Part shown: positions 16,613-24,763 of the stretch, in pieces
Position numbering within the stretch: position 1 is the stretch's first letter
Layout: each line of letters begins with the position of its first letter
Origin: a virus
Taxonomy: Duplodnaviria > Caudoviricetes
Strand: one strand, 5' to 3'
DNA: 24,811 nucleotides
IMG/VR virus record: IMGVR_UViG_3300027769_000124
Span: 1-24,811 of that record
Notes under the pieces: model-generated
What the model was told of the DNA's origin: nothing
The model's input: the letters and a program-made list of their open reading frames with translations, nothing else
Databases searched by the model: none
Made by a program: the position numbers and the translations under genes

Positions 16613-19309
16613 ATGCCCGTTGCTACAGACAAGCGTCAGCGGATGTTCAATGCGCGGAACTTGAACGATCTGTACGCACGGTTCGACAATAAAAGTGCAA
16701 GAGCGTTAGACGGCAAGACACCGTTCGTTGTTGGTCTCAGTTCCAAGATACCTTTTGGGGTTCAATACGACTATTGTATTGATCCAGCCACAAGCTTCTA
16801 TGTCACCGGAAGCACTCCAACACAGACGCAGATTGCGATTGAGCTTTCAAAGCTTGAAAGCAAGCACTTAGACGTTAGCGGAGGTCAGGTTTACGTTGAT
16901 CACTACGTCACTTCTTTTAACTCTTCATATTGCAACGTTGGCTCAATTCAAAAGTCTTTTGAGCTACACAAGCGCAATGTTGATGGTATTGATTACGATG
17001 TCCATTTAGGTTGGGACGATTGGGGTTCTGGTTTTGATTCTTACGTTAGGTCTTACTTTTCTTCAGTTGGATCTGCACCTTCACTGCCTCCCGGTAGAAT
17101 CCACAACCACAAGAACGCTGTTGCTGAGATACGAATTGAAGGTCTTTTGACTTTCAAAATTCTTAACAGTTACAAGCGGTTTGATTGCTGGAGGGTCCAT
17201 AACTGTGGAAGCAAAGACATGAGGGTCTTGCTCCAATTGCCAGACGGCTCAGCGGAGACAAAGACGGTTCCTGCAATGGGCTGTAGATCGTTTAGGCGAC
17301 GTGCTGACGGGACTTGGGCAACAACGTGGAGGGATGGCACTGCTTGCACCTATTTCTTCCCATACTTCACCGGAGATGTCCCCTACTTTGCCGGTGGTCC
17401 GCCCAACTACGGAGTTGGAGACTCTCTTTCCGTATGCATGGAGAGATCAGCAAAAGCCAACAACATTGCAAACCCGTTTTTGTTGCTGCAATGGATGCGA
17501 GCAATGGGCGCATGGGTTGACGCTCGTTTTGCTTACGATATCCGCGCACTGTATCCAGAATACTCAGACCCAACGGATGCAAACACCGCAATTGGAGACG
17601 CGATCTTCACTTGGGGACGAGCTAGAGTTCAGATCTACAGCAGCCTTTCCGGTGTTGTCTTTGAGGATTACATCACCGTATTTACTGGAGTCACCGACTT
17701 CATGCCGAAGCTCCAACGCATAGGCATCAACGCTGAGGTTTCTGGGGATGTCTTGGTGATGAGCAGCAAGCGACCGAATGCGATTGTCAGAATCTATCCG
17801 ATTGACTGCAACGTATTCTTTGGTTCAACCGATCCATATTGGCAGATCAATCCTACTACAACTTACATTTCAATTGCTTACCCGTCCTACTACTACACCC
17901 AGAACGTAGCAACACCGAACACGGCAACCCAATGGCAATCCGGCAACGTCCCAACATGGATGGAAACCATGCGGACGCTTCGCAGACGGGTTGCTGTGGA
18001 AGAGGGTTTCCTTAACAGCTTTGACGATGAAGTGGATATCTCTGAGGAGAAAGTTGGGATCGTCAGATTAAGCTCAATTGGATTAACAGTAACAGCATCA
18101 ACCGCCGTTGGCATTGAGGCATTTGACGCTAACGCTTTAAGCGAGATTCCTAACTATGAACGCAGTGCAAACGTAATAGAATTGCGAACTGAGTTAAGAC
18201 CAAAGGGATTCTCACCAGCAATTGGTTATTCTAACAACAAATACATATCTGCAACTAAAACATACATTATAGCACAGCCGAGTAACCAAAGCGGAATGTA
18301 TGGATATGTGTTTCCCCAGATTAGCACTGAAATAGGTCTGGGACATTACAATCCTGCTGTCAATTGCGCTTACATCGCTTCCGGTGGTCCGTGGGCTTTT
18401 TCAAGCAGCGTTTACGACTATAATCTTGAGCGGGTTTTCACAACCGGTCCGCTGACTCCAAATGTAACCAACGTTTTTGGATCTGATTTCTGGGTCAATA
18501 AATGGGGCGGCAAAGGTGGCGTCGATGCGTCTGTTAGAGTTCTGGGAAGACCCAACAAAACGATTCAAGATAACGGTGTTGCAGACGATGTATTCAAAGA
18601 CCAAAACAATGCTGCAATGGCTTGTTTGGCTCCGTGGTATAAACAAATTGATTTGACTAGTGCACCGCAAGCTTACATTGCGGACATCAGATGGACTTCA
18701 TCCACTTATTTTGATCTCCCGTATTCCAGCACTGCAAACGCTCTGAATTACGATGGAATTGGGCCGTTCTACCACAAGATTCCAAAGTCAGCGTTTCTGT
18801 GGAATCTGTTGGAGGCTCACGTTTCTGGATGGAATCGATCTGTCCCGTTAGCTCATGGTGAAGTCTGGTGTCCAATTTACAGCTTTGATGCTGGCGGTGC
18901 GTTGGTTGCGGATACGCTTGGAGATTTGATTCCGAAGGATACAACTTTCACTTGCTTGGATACAATGTGGGGACCGTCTTTCTTTATTACACAAATCCAA
19001 TACAACTCTTTAATTGCCAATGGAATACAAGCAAAGGAGCTGTATGACGTTAGCTTGTCTCAATACTATTGGATAGTTACGCAAATGGATCTGGCAACTT
19101 ACAGCAGATCAAAGGGATTTACCTCTTTCAATTTTGATTGCTCAAATCAGGTCATTGATGCGTCTGGGGGAACCCTGACTCCTGCAACGGCTTGGGAGCC
19201 AATGCGGTCGTATGGCTTCGGTGAGACGACTCAATCTGCCAACTTTGAGGACGTTAACGGAGACCCATTCTATCGGTTCATTCGGTACGTTGATCTTGAT
19301 GTCGCTTGA
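16613..19309 (+). CDS. large virion protein (898 aa), possible central spike / receptor-binding protein
   Basis: Last gene of tail module; aromatic, Ser/Thr/Asn-rich; no family recognised. Confidence 0.55.
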   Translation: MPVATDKRQRMFNARNLNDLYARFDNKSARALDGKTPFVVGLSSKIPFGVQYDYCIDPATSFYVTGSTPTQTQIAIELSKLESKHLDVSGGQVYVDHYVTSFNSSYCNVGSIQKSFELHKRNVDGIDYDVHLGWDDWGSGFDSYVRSYFSSVGSAPSLPPGRIHNHKNAVAEIRIEGLLTFKILNSYKRFDCWRVHNCGSKDMRVLLQLPDGSAETKTVPAMGCRSFRRRADGTWATTWRDGTACTYFFPYFTGDVPYFAGGPPNYGVGDSLSVCMERSAKANNIANPFLLLQWMRAMGAWVDARFAYDIRALYPEYSDPTDANTAIGDAIFTWGRARVQIYSSLSGVVFEDYITVFTGVTDFMPKLQRIGINAEVSGDVLVMSSKRPNAIVRIYPIDCNVFFGSTDPYWQINPTTTYISIAYPSYYYTQNVATPNTATQWQSGNVPTWMETMRTLRRRVAVEEGFLNSFDDEVDISEEKVGIVRLSSIGLTVTASTAVGIEAFDANALSEIPNYERSANVIELRTELRPKGFSPAIGYSNNKYISATKTYIIAQPSNQSGMYGYVFPQISTEIGLGHYNPAVNCAYIASGGPWAFSSSVYDYNLERVFTTGPLTPNVTNVFGSDFWVNKWGGKGGVDASVRVLGRPNKTIQDNGVADDVFKDQNNAAMACLAPWYKQIDLTSAPQAYIADIRWTSSTYFDLPYSSTANALNYDGIGPFYHKIPKSAFLWNLLEAHVSGWNRSVPLAHGEVWCPIYSFDAGGALVADTLGDLIPKDTTFTCLDTMWGPSFFITQIQYNSLIANGIQAKELYDVSLSQYYWIVTQMDLATYSRSKGFTSFNFDCSNQVIDASGGTLTPATAWEPMRSYGFGETTQSANFEDVNGDPFYRFIRYVDLDVA

Positions 19310-19341
19310 CACAAACCCACCGTTGGGTTATTGGTCTCTTC
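19306..19341 (+). promoter_or_regulatory. promoter with palindromic operator AACCCA-CCGT-TGGGTT
   Basis: Perfect TTGACA at 19306-19311; palindrome 19314-19329; near-identical architecture at 22559. Confidence 0.7.
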
Positions 19342-19346
19342 AGCCG

Positions 19347-19556
19347 ATGAAATGTCCGTCATGCAACTGCATTTTTGCCGCAAGTCTCCGCGATATCGCG
19401 AAGGAGTTGGGTGCGTCCAAATCGTCGGCAAAGGCCGAAGCCTCCCGCGCAAATGGAAAGCGTGGAGGACGGCCAAAGAAGACCAATGAACAAAGAGATT
19501 ATTCCAAGTCAGAAACAGTCCGCGCTCGCGATAATGGCGAGCAAATTCAGCGTTGA
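19347..19556 (+). CDS. small basic putative DNA-binding protein (CxxC + KGGRP-type motif, 69 aa)
   Basis: MKCPSC...KELGASKSSAKAEASRANGKRGGRPKK; ATG at 19347 just downstream of the promoter. Confidence 0.65.
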   Translation: MKCPSCNCIFAASLRDIAKELGASKSSAKAEASRANGKRGGRPKKTNEQRDYSKSETVRARDNGEQIQR

Positions 19557-20148
19557 ACCGGCTCGTTTGCTGGAGACGCTGAAGGCAACACTAATGCCCA
19601 AAGCGACCAACGAAGAGCTTCTGAGCTTCGTTGTCACCGCTAACCAGTACGGACTCAATCCGTTCACGCGAGAGATCTACGCTTTCCCCGCTCGCAACGG
19701 TGGAATCCAGCCGGTGGTCTCAGTCGATGGGTGGATCAAGATGATGAACAATCACGCGAGCTTCGACGGCATTCAGTTCACGACCGAAGACAAAGACGGA
19801 AAGCCGTTCAGCGTAACCGCTACAATCCATCTCAAAGACCGGACTCATCCCGTTGAAGTGACTGAGTATTTCTCGGAATGCTCGCGGAATACTGAGCCGT
19901 GGAAGGTCAACCCTCGCAGGATGCTCCGACACAAAGCGTTGATCCAATGCGCTCGCGTAGCGTTTGGATTCAGCGGCATCACTGACGAAGAAGAGGCCAT
20001 TCCGCAAGCTCCGGTCAACGTGACTCCATCGCGTCCGATTTTCCGAAGCAAGCTGGAGCCGAAGGTTGAACCGGAAATTGAACCGGCTCCGTCTGTGGTT
20101 GTTCAACCCACCGAGCCGACGCTCAACGAAGGGAAATCCAATGAGTGA
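19486..20148 (+). CDS. bet: single-strand annealing recombinase, Bet/RecT family
   Basis: ANQYGLNPFTREIYAFP, PVVSVDGW, VTEYFSEC, PWKVNPRRMLRHKALIQCARVAFGFSGI are lambda Bet signatures; ATG 19486 preferred. Confidence 0.92.
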   Translation: MNKEIIPSQKQSALAIMASKFSVEPARLLETLKATLMPKATNEELLSFVVTANQYGLNPFTREIYAFPARNGGIQPVVSVDGWIKMMNNHASFDGIQFTTEDKDGKPFSVTATIHLKDRTHPVEVTEYFSECSRNTEPWKVNPRRMLRHKALIQCARVAFGFSGITDEEEAIPQAPVNVTPSRPIFRSKLEPKVEPEIEPAPSVVVQPTEPTLNEGKSNE

Positions 20149-21250
20149 CGAACGCAGTGGATTACCGTCAGCGTCCGCAGCGAGCCGCTACGCTGCTTGT
20201 CTTGGAAGTTGGCATCTGGAGCGTCAAGTTGCCGAAGTCGAGTCAACCGGAGACGCAGCAATCGGAAACCGTATCCACGCTGCACTTGCGCTGGAGCCGG
20301 TAACCAACCTAACCACCGATGAGACTTGGATCATTGATCGTTGCAGGGAGCAAGAGGCTGAACTGGTTGCGAATACATTTGGCGGTTACGATACCAACTG
20401 CTTCCGCGAGAAACGTCTGTGGTCTCTGGACGCTGACGGAAACAGACTCTGGAGCGGAAAGCCCGATGTCATCTACACCGCAGAAGTGCAGGGTAAGCTC
20501 TGGGGTCTCATTATCGACTACAAGAGCGGTCGTGGAGCAGTCGAGGACGCTTCTCAGAATCTCCAGTTGCGCTGTTTGGTTGCGTTGCTGGACGAATCTT
20601 GGGGATTCACAATGGATCGGATCATGGTCGCGATCATCCAGCCTCTGGCCGGTTATGCGAGTGTTGCCGTCTACGAATCCCAAGACATTCACGACGCAAT
20701 CGTTGAGTCATCGGAATTGATGGCTGAGATCAAAAAGCTTGGTCAACCGCGCACTCCGTCAGAGTCCGCTTGCAAGTATTGCAAAGGGAAACACTTCTGC
20801 TCCGAAGCGCGAGAGTTGGCCGTTGCTCCTCCGCTGACGAACGCACCGGAAGGCATAACGCCAGACGCTATAGCATCAACGTTGACCAATCAGACGCTTG
20901 GAGCGTTCTTGGATCGTGCATCGCAAGCCGAAGCAGTCATTGAAGCTTGCCGTGCAGAAGCTCGAAGGAGGCTCTCGGAAGGAGATACGGTCGAAGGTTG
21001 GACGCTGAAGGAAGGTGCAGTGCGCGAGACCATCAAAGACACTGAGACCGTTTACCTCCGATTTATTGAAGGTGGCGGGACTTACGAAGACATTATGCCA
21101 GCGATTACGATCAACAAGACGAAGCTCAAAGATGCGTTGAAAGTAGCAACCGAAACCAAAGGAAAAGAACTCGACGCAAAGTTGGATCAACTGCTGGCTG
21201 GCTGCACTGAAAGCAAGACCGGACAACCCACACTGACCCGAATCAAATGA
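20141..21250 (+). CDS. Cas4-like PD-(D/E)XK exonuclease (DUF2800-like)
   Basis: SASAASRYAACLGS, GNRIH, GKPDVI, IIDYKSG, NLQLRC, AIIQP, CKYCKGKHFC (1+3 Cys). Confidence 0.8.
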   Translation: MSDERSGLPSASAASRYAACLGSWHLERQVAEVESTGDAAIGNRIHAALALEPVTNLTTDETWIIDRCREQEAELVANTFGGYDTNCFREKRLWSLDADGNRLWSGKPDVIYTAEVQGKLWGLIIDYKSGRGAVEDASQNLQLRCLVALLDESWGFTMDRIMVAIIQPLAGYASVAVYESQDIHDAIVESSELMAEIKKLGQPRTPSESACKYCKGKHFCSEARELAVAPPLTNAPEGITPDAIASTLTNQTLGAFLDRASQAEAVIEACRAEARRRLSEGDTVEGWTLKEGAVRETIKDTETVYLRFIEGGGTYEDIMPAITINKTKLKDALKVATETKGKELDAKLDQLLAGCTESKTGQPTLTRIK

Positions 21251-21681
21251 ATCAAACCCACCCAATGGAATTGGTCCGCGAGTTTATGCGGACTTATCAG
21301 CAATGCATCCCAGAGCGTCCCGCATTGCCAGATCCCATCACGATCAACCTTCGGTATCGACTGATTGACGAGGAGGCTCAAGAGCTTTCCGAATCAACCT
21401 CCGCTGTCGAGTATCTCGACGCAATCGGAGACCTCTTGTACGTCGTGTATGGAGCCGCGCTTGCTGCTGGCTTCTCTCCGCATCAAGTGGACGCTGCTTT
21501 CACTGAGATTCACCGCTCCAATATGTCGAAAGTCTGGACTGACGATGAGATTGATTCCATCCCCGCTGACTGCCGGTCTCACCGAGTTGGGGACAACCGA
21601 CACATTGTGAGACGGACTGACGGTAAGATCGTGAAGAGTCCGTCTTATTCTCCCGCTCGACTGGAGGGATACACTCGATGA
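21247..21681 (+). CDS. MazG-like / PRA-PH family NTP pyrophosphohydrolase
   Basis: LRYRLIDEEAQEL, DAIGDLLYVVYG, EIHRSNMSK, RTDGKIVKSPSYSP. Confidence 0.88.
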   Translation: MNQTHPMELVREFMRTYQQCIPERPALPDPITINLRYRLIDEEAQELSESTSAVEYLDAIGDLLYVVYGAALAAGFSPHQVDAAFTEIHRSNMSKVWTDDEIDSIPADCRSHRVGDNRHIVRRTDGKIVKSPSYSPARLEGYTR

Positions 21682-22007
21682 GACATCTATGGTCCCGAGG
21701 ATTCGGACGACTCCACTCAGACGCTGAGGTCATTACCACCGACGACGGCAAGAGATTCCTGCTCGCTGTCGTTGAGTTTGAGAAACGAACTCTTGCGAAC
21801 GGAAAGCCGTACGCACAGCGGGTCACGTTCCGGTCGTTTGACCCTGAAGACATGGACTGCGTAAGAATGTTGACCGAAGGCACTCACATCATGTTCGATG
21901 GCGATTGCGATGCGCTCGCTGAAAAGTCGTCATCGGGCTGGTGGTACGCTAATCCGCGCATCACCGGACGCATTCACGAGATCATCCCACCTCACGATGC
22001 ATCTTGA
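21678..22007 (+). CDS. divergent SSB-like OB-fold protein
   Basis: GRLHSDAEVITTDDGK resembles SSB GRLxxDPE..T..G; LTEGTHIMFDG resembles LxKGxxVxVEG. Confidence 0.6.
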   Translation: MRHLWSRGFGRLHSDAEVITTDDGKRFLLAVVEFEKRTLANGKPYAQRVTFRSFDPEDMDCVRMLTEGTHIMFDGDCDALAEKSSSGWWYANPRITGRIHEIIPPHDAS

Positions 22008-22419
22008 TTTCCATGTCAGTGGAATCCCGAAAGCTCAGCCGCGAGTCAAAGCGTTTGTGCGCGGTGGTCACGCGGGGGTCTACACTCCAGATTCAGCCGA
22101 GTCTTGGAAGCAATCGGTGCGTCAGGAAGCCGTCTCAAATGCTCCAGAATCGCTTCTGACGGGTCCGATTAGGTTGCAGCTAGACTTCTTCCTTCCGAGA
22201 CCCAAAGCGCATCTGGACAAGCACGGAGTCCCGAAAGCAAAATCACCAGTCTGGCATTGCAAAAAGCCAGACTTGGACAACCTCATCAAAGCGGTTACCG
22301 ATGCGATAACCGACACTCAAAAAGTCTGGTTGGATGACAGCCAGATTTACCAGATTACAGCGGTGAAAACCTACGCTCTGTACGCTTCGGGATGCAGCGT
22401 AAGGATCAACGCTGACTGA
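21997..22419 (+). CDS. rusA: Holliday junction resolvase, RusA family
   Basis: GIPKAQPRV, FFLPRPK, KKPDLDNLIKAVTDAI, WLDDSQI, KTYA. Confidence 0.92.
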   Translation: MHLDFHVSGIPKAQPRVKAFVRGGHAGVYTPDSAESWKQSVRQEAVSNAPESLLTGPIRLQLDFFLPRPKAHLDKHGVPKAKSPVWHCKKPDLDNLIKAVTDAITDTQKVWLDDSQIYQITAVKTYALYASGCSVRINAD

Positions 22420-22424
22420 CTCTT

Positions 22425-22498
22425 GGAAAATGCGGAATGGTGTGCAGGGAGATCCTGCAACGGGTTAGGTTTCATCCCATAGAAACACCGCATTTTCC
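22425..22498 (+). ncRNA. candidate multi-stem structured RNA
   Basis: 11-bp closing stem GGAAAATGCGG/CCGCATTTTCC enclosing two hairpins; family not recognised. Confidence 0.5.
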
Positions 22499-22558
22499 TA
22501 AGGTTTTCGCTGGTTTTTGACCCTCTTGAAGAAAGTTGAAAAAAAATGCAACCTCCTG

Positions 22559-22594
22559 TTGACGGTAACCCAACGATGGGTTTAGGGTATCTCC
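22559..22594 (+). promoter_or_regulatory. promoter with palindromic operator AACCCA-ACGA-TGGGTT
   Basis: TTGACG 22559-22564, palindrome 22567-22582, TAGGGT at 22583, A-tract (UP-like) at 22539-22546. Confidence 0.7.
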
Positions 22595-22634
22595 ATCGAC
22601 GGCAATCAAGCCGAAGAAAAACGGAAAGAATACG

Positions 22635-22850
22635 ATGAACCAAATCAGCGAAATCAAGAACGCCACCGCAACTGTCACCGCTTTCTGGGACGATGAAGCT
22701 GGCATCACCTTTGGAGCTTATGTCATCAAGTCCAACGGATGGTGGAGCGAGGATGGCAACGGTTGGTACGGCGTCGAATCCGACGAAGAATTTGAATCGA
22801 CCAACATCTTTTTCATTGGTGGTCCGCTTGATGGGTCATACAGCAAATAA
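22635..22850 (+). CDS. hypothetical acidic protein (71 aa)
   Basis: First ORF after promoter; A-rich leader. Confidence 0.65.
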   Translation: MNQISEIKNATATVTAFWDDEAGITFGAYVIKSNGWWSEDGNGWYGVESDEEFESTNIFFIGGPLDGSYSK

Positions 22851-22880
22851 TCTGAACCATAACTCAAACCATCAAATACC

Positions 22881-23084
22881 ATGAACACTGTCGAATCCGT
22901 CATTCAGCCTCATCTCAACAAGCTATGCAAAGTTGGTCAGTTTTGGATGCTCCGCATCGTTCGATCCGAAAATCTGACGGATCAAGAGAAGCTTGGGTTT
23001 GTCTGCGATTACATTGCTGGGAATAACAGCCTCAGCGAAGCTTCTTACAAAGCGAAGATGCTCAACGCCAGCCGCAACAAGTAA
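22881..23084 (+). CDS. hypothetical protein (67 aa)
   Basis: Preceded by repeated leader CCATCAAATACC-ATG. Confidence 0.65.
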   Translation: MNTVESVIQPHLNKLCKVGQFWMLRIVRSENLTDQEKLGFVCDYIAGNNSLSEASYKAKMLNASRNK

Positions 23085-23095
23085 TCCAAGATCCT

Positions 23096-23341
23096 ATGGA
23101 ATTCAAAGACATCGAATCATTCTCTGACATTGAGGTTGGAGATCTAGTCAGGGTCCAGCGTGGACCGCTTGAATCAAGCACCCAGATTGTTTCAGGGATC
23201 ACTCGCACAACCAACACGTTCTGCCCAATTATGGGGTGGTATGGTGGCCCATCTGTGAAGTTCAGCTTCGTTGACGGTGGATCTGCCCATCACTTCCAAC
23301 TGGATCAAGACCAGCCAATTCAAGAGAAGCATTGGTTGTAG
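23096..23341 (+). CDS. hypothetical protein (81 aa, SH3/KOW-like start)
   Basis: DIEVGDLVRV motif. Confidence 0.6.
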   Translation: MEFKDIESFSDIEVGDLVRVQRGPLESSTQIVSGITRTTNTFCPIMGWYGGPSVKFSFVDGGSAHHFQLDQDQPIQEKHWL

Positions 23342-23404
23342 CAGTTCAAACCGTGGGGAGCGCATACGACCAACGCTCAGAACCATTAACACCCATCAAA
23401 TACC

Positions 23405-23599
23405 ATGAAGTACCATTGCAGAAACAAAGATAACAAAGTCCTAAGCATTCACCGCAGCATTGAGGAGGCTCTCCGCGCTAGAGACGTTTGGAACCACACG
23501 ATTGAGCTAATCGGAATCACTGATGAGACCGGACGGATCTTAGAAGCCCAAGAGATCATCCAATCCAAAGCCGCCACTTGGATGAAAGGTCTCCGATGA
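23405..23599 (+). CDS. hypothetical protein (64 aa)
   Basis: Preceded by repeated leader CCATCAAATACC-ATG; ATGA-coupled to next gene. Confidence 0.65.
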   Translation: MKYHCRNKDNKVLSIHRSIEEALRARDVWNHTIELIGITDETGRILEAQEIIQSKAATWMKGLR

Positions 23600-23925
23600 A
23601 TCTTGGACCACTCATTGCGGCTCTCATCACTGTGGAGTCTAACGGACGCGACAATGCGGTTGGCGACGGTGGTCTAGCTATCGGTGCGCTCCAGATCCAC
23701 AAAGCGGTTGTGGTGGACGTTAACCGAATCGCTGGAACCAGCTACACCCACCAGCAAATGACCAACCGAGTTGCTGCCCGTCGAGTTTGCGAGATCTATC
23801 TGACGCACTACGGCAAAGGCTGCACGACCGAGCAGTTAGCTCGCAAATGGAACGGAGGTGGTCCCTCTGGTGATAAGAAAACAGCAACAATTCCCTACTG
23901 GAACAAAGTCAAAAAGCACCTATGA
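23596..23925 (+). CDS. lysozyme-like muramidase/transglycosylase (destabilase/SLT-like, 109 aa)
   Basis: ALITVES catalytic Glu, GALQI, ARKWNGG, YWNKVK; ATG 23596 coupled to upstream stop. Confidence 0.75.
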   Translation: MNLGPLIAALITVESNGRDNAVGDGGLAIGALQIHKAVVVDVNRIAGTSYTHQQMTNRVAARRVCEIYLTHYGKGCTTEQLARKWNGGGPSGDKKTATIPYWNKVKKHL

Positions 23926-24059
23926 ACAAGTCAGTCATCATATCAGAAGAAACTCACAAACTACTCAAAGAATACTGCCAGAGCGAAGGCATCAAAACCC
24001 AACATCTAGCGGATAGAATCATCCGCGAGTGGCTGGAGAAGAAGAAGGAGGCGAAATGA
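23922..24059 (+). CDS. ribbon-helix-helix DNA-binding protein (45 aa), absent from ORF track
   Basis: Hand translation MNKSVIISEETHKLLKEYCQSEGIKTQHLADRIIREWLEKKKEAK fits strand-helix-G-helix RHH pattern; ATGA-coupled both ends. Confidence 0.7.
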   Translation: MNKSVIISEETHKLLKEYCQSEGIKTQHLADRIIREWLEKKKEAK

Positions 24060-24436
24060 GCGATCATCTTCGTGACGCCACGAAAATGATCAGCGATACA
24101 CCAATATCAGACTCGACTCCGCACAACGTGGCCGATCTGGGTATGCTGTGCAGGAGGTTGGAGCGACTCGCAGCGGTGCGACTGGATTACATCACTCAGC
24201 TTGAAACCGAGAACGACGCAGCCAATGCAGAGATTGCGAGACTGACCTCGAAAGTAGCGCAACTCTATAGAGGTGCGGAGGAACAGAATCAGCGCGTCAA
24301 GCGGCTGGAGGAGGCTCTTGAGTCCATTCGAGAATACTGGAGCCGAGACAACAACAATCGAGCATTGATAGACGCCTGCTGGTACTCAATCGACACAGCA
24401 TCGGAAGCACTGGAAGCCAAGGAGGCCAATCCGTGA
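24056..24436 (+). CDS. coiled-coil accessory protein
   Basis: AAGGAGG at 24045-24051 before ATG 24056; SDTP, RRLER, RVKRLEE, AKEA modules. Confidence 0.7.
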   Translation: MSDHLRDATKMISDTPISDSTPHNVADLGMLCRRLERLAAVRLDYITQLETENDAANAEIARLTSKVAQLYRGAEEQNQRVKRLEEALESIREYWSRDNNNRALIDACWYSIDTASEALEAKEANP

Positions 24437-24763
24437 GTGATACCCCGAGGATGGACCTTGCGCTTCGTAAGGCACAGGAAGATTGCACTGAATCATATCT
24501 ATTAACTGAAGGCCTGAAACTAGAACGCCAACTCAACGCGGCCAACGAGCGCATCAAGCGGCTGGAGGAGGAGCTGGAGCGGACCAAGCAGGATCGGAAC
24601 GCGATTGCTAAGAAAACCCGCGAGCCGCTGCTGTTGAAGCTCGATCATGCCGCCGAGCGCATCAAGCGGCTGGAGGAGGTTGGAGATGCGTTAGCCAATA
24701 CCCAGACCTACGACCTTTTGGAAACCGTAAACTGGCGCAAAGCCAAGGAGGCCAAGCCGTGAG
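24291..24763 (+). repeat. dispersed short direct repeats in accessory ORFs
   Basis: AGCGCRTCAAGCGGCTGGAGGAG at 24291, 24548, 24656; AAGCCAAGGAGGCCAAKCCGTGAG at 24414 and 24740. Confidence 0.85.
24433..24762 (+). CDS. coiled-coil accessory protein, related to upstream ORF
   Basis: MSDTPR, KLERQLNAANERIKRLEE, second ERIKRLEE, AKEAKP end. Confidence 0.7.
   Translation: MSDTPRMDLALRKAQEDCTESYLLTEGLKLERQLNAANERIKRLEEELERTKQDRNAIAKKTREPLLLKLDHAAERIKRLEEVGDALANTQTYDLLETVNWRKAKEAKP

Noticed and set aside
8117-19309. Diversity-generating retroelement or invertible fibre cassette
   Set aside because: No reverse transcriptase or invertase and no adenine-mismatched repeat pair noticed in this window
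19212-19485. Extended starts for the KGGRP protein (19212) and Bet (19375)
   Set aside because: Would overlap the 898-aa gene, promoter or regulator gene; downstream ATGs fit family N-termini
20141-21250. Cas4-like gene as sign of a CRISPR-Cas system
   Set aside because: No repeat-spacer array or other cas genes; solo Cas4-like nucleases are common in phage recombination modules
22425-22498. tRNA or hammerhead ribozyme
   Set aside because: No T-loop GTTCRA, D-arm or CCA; no CTGANGA core on either strand
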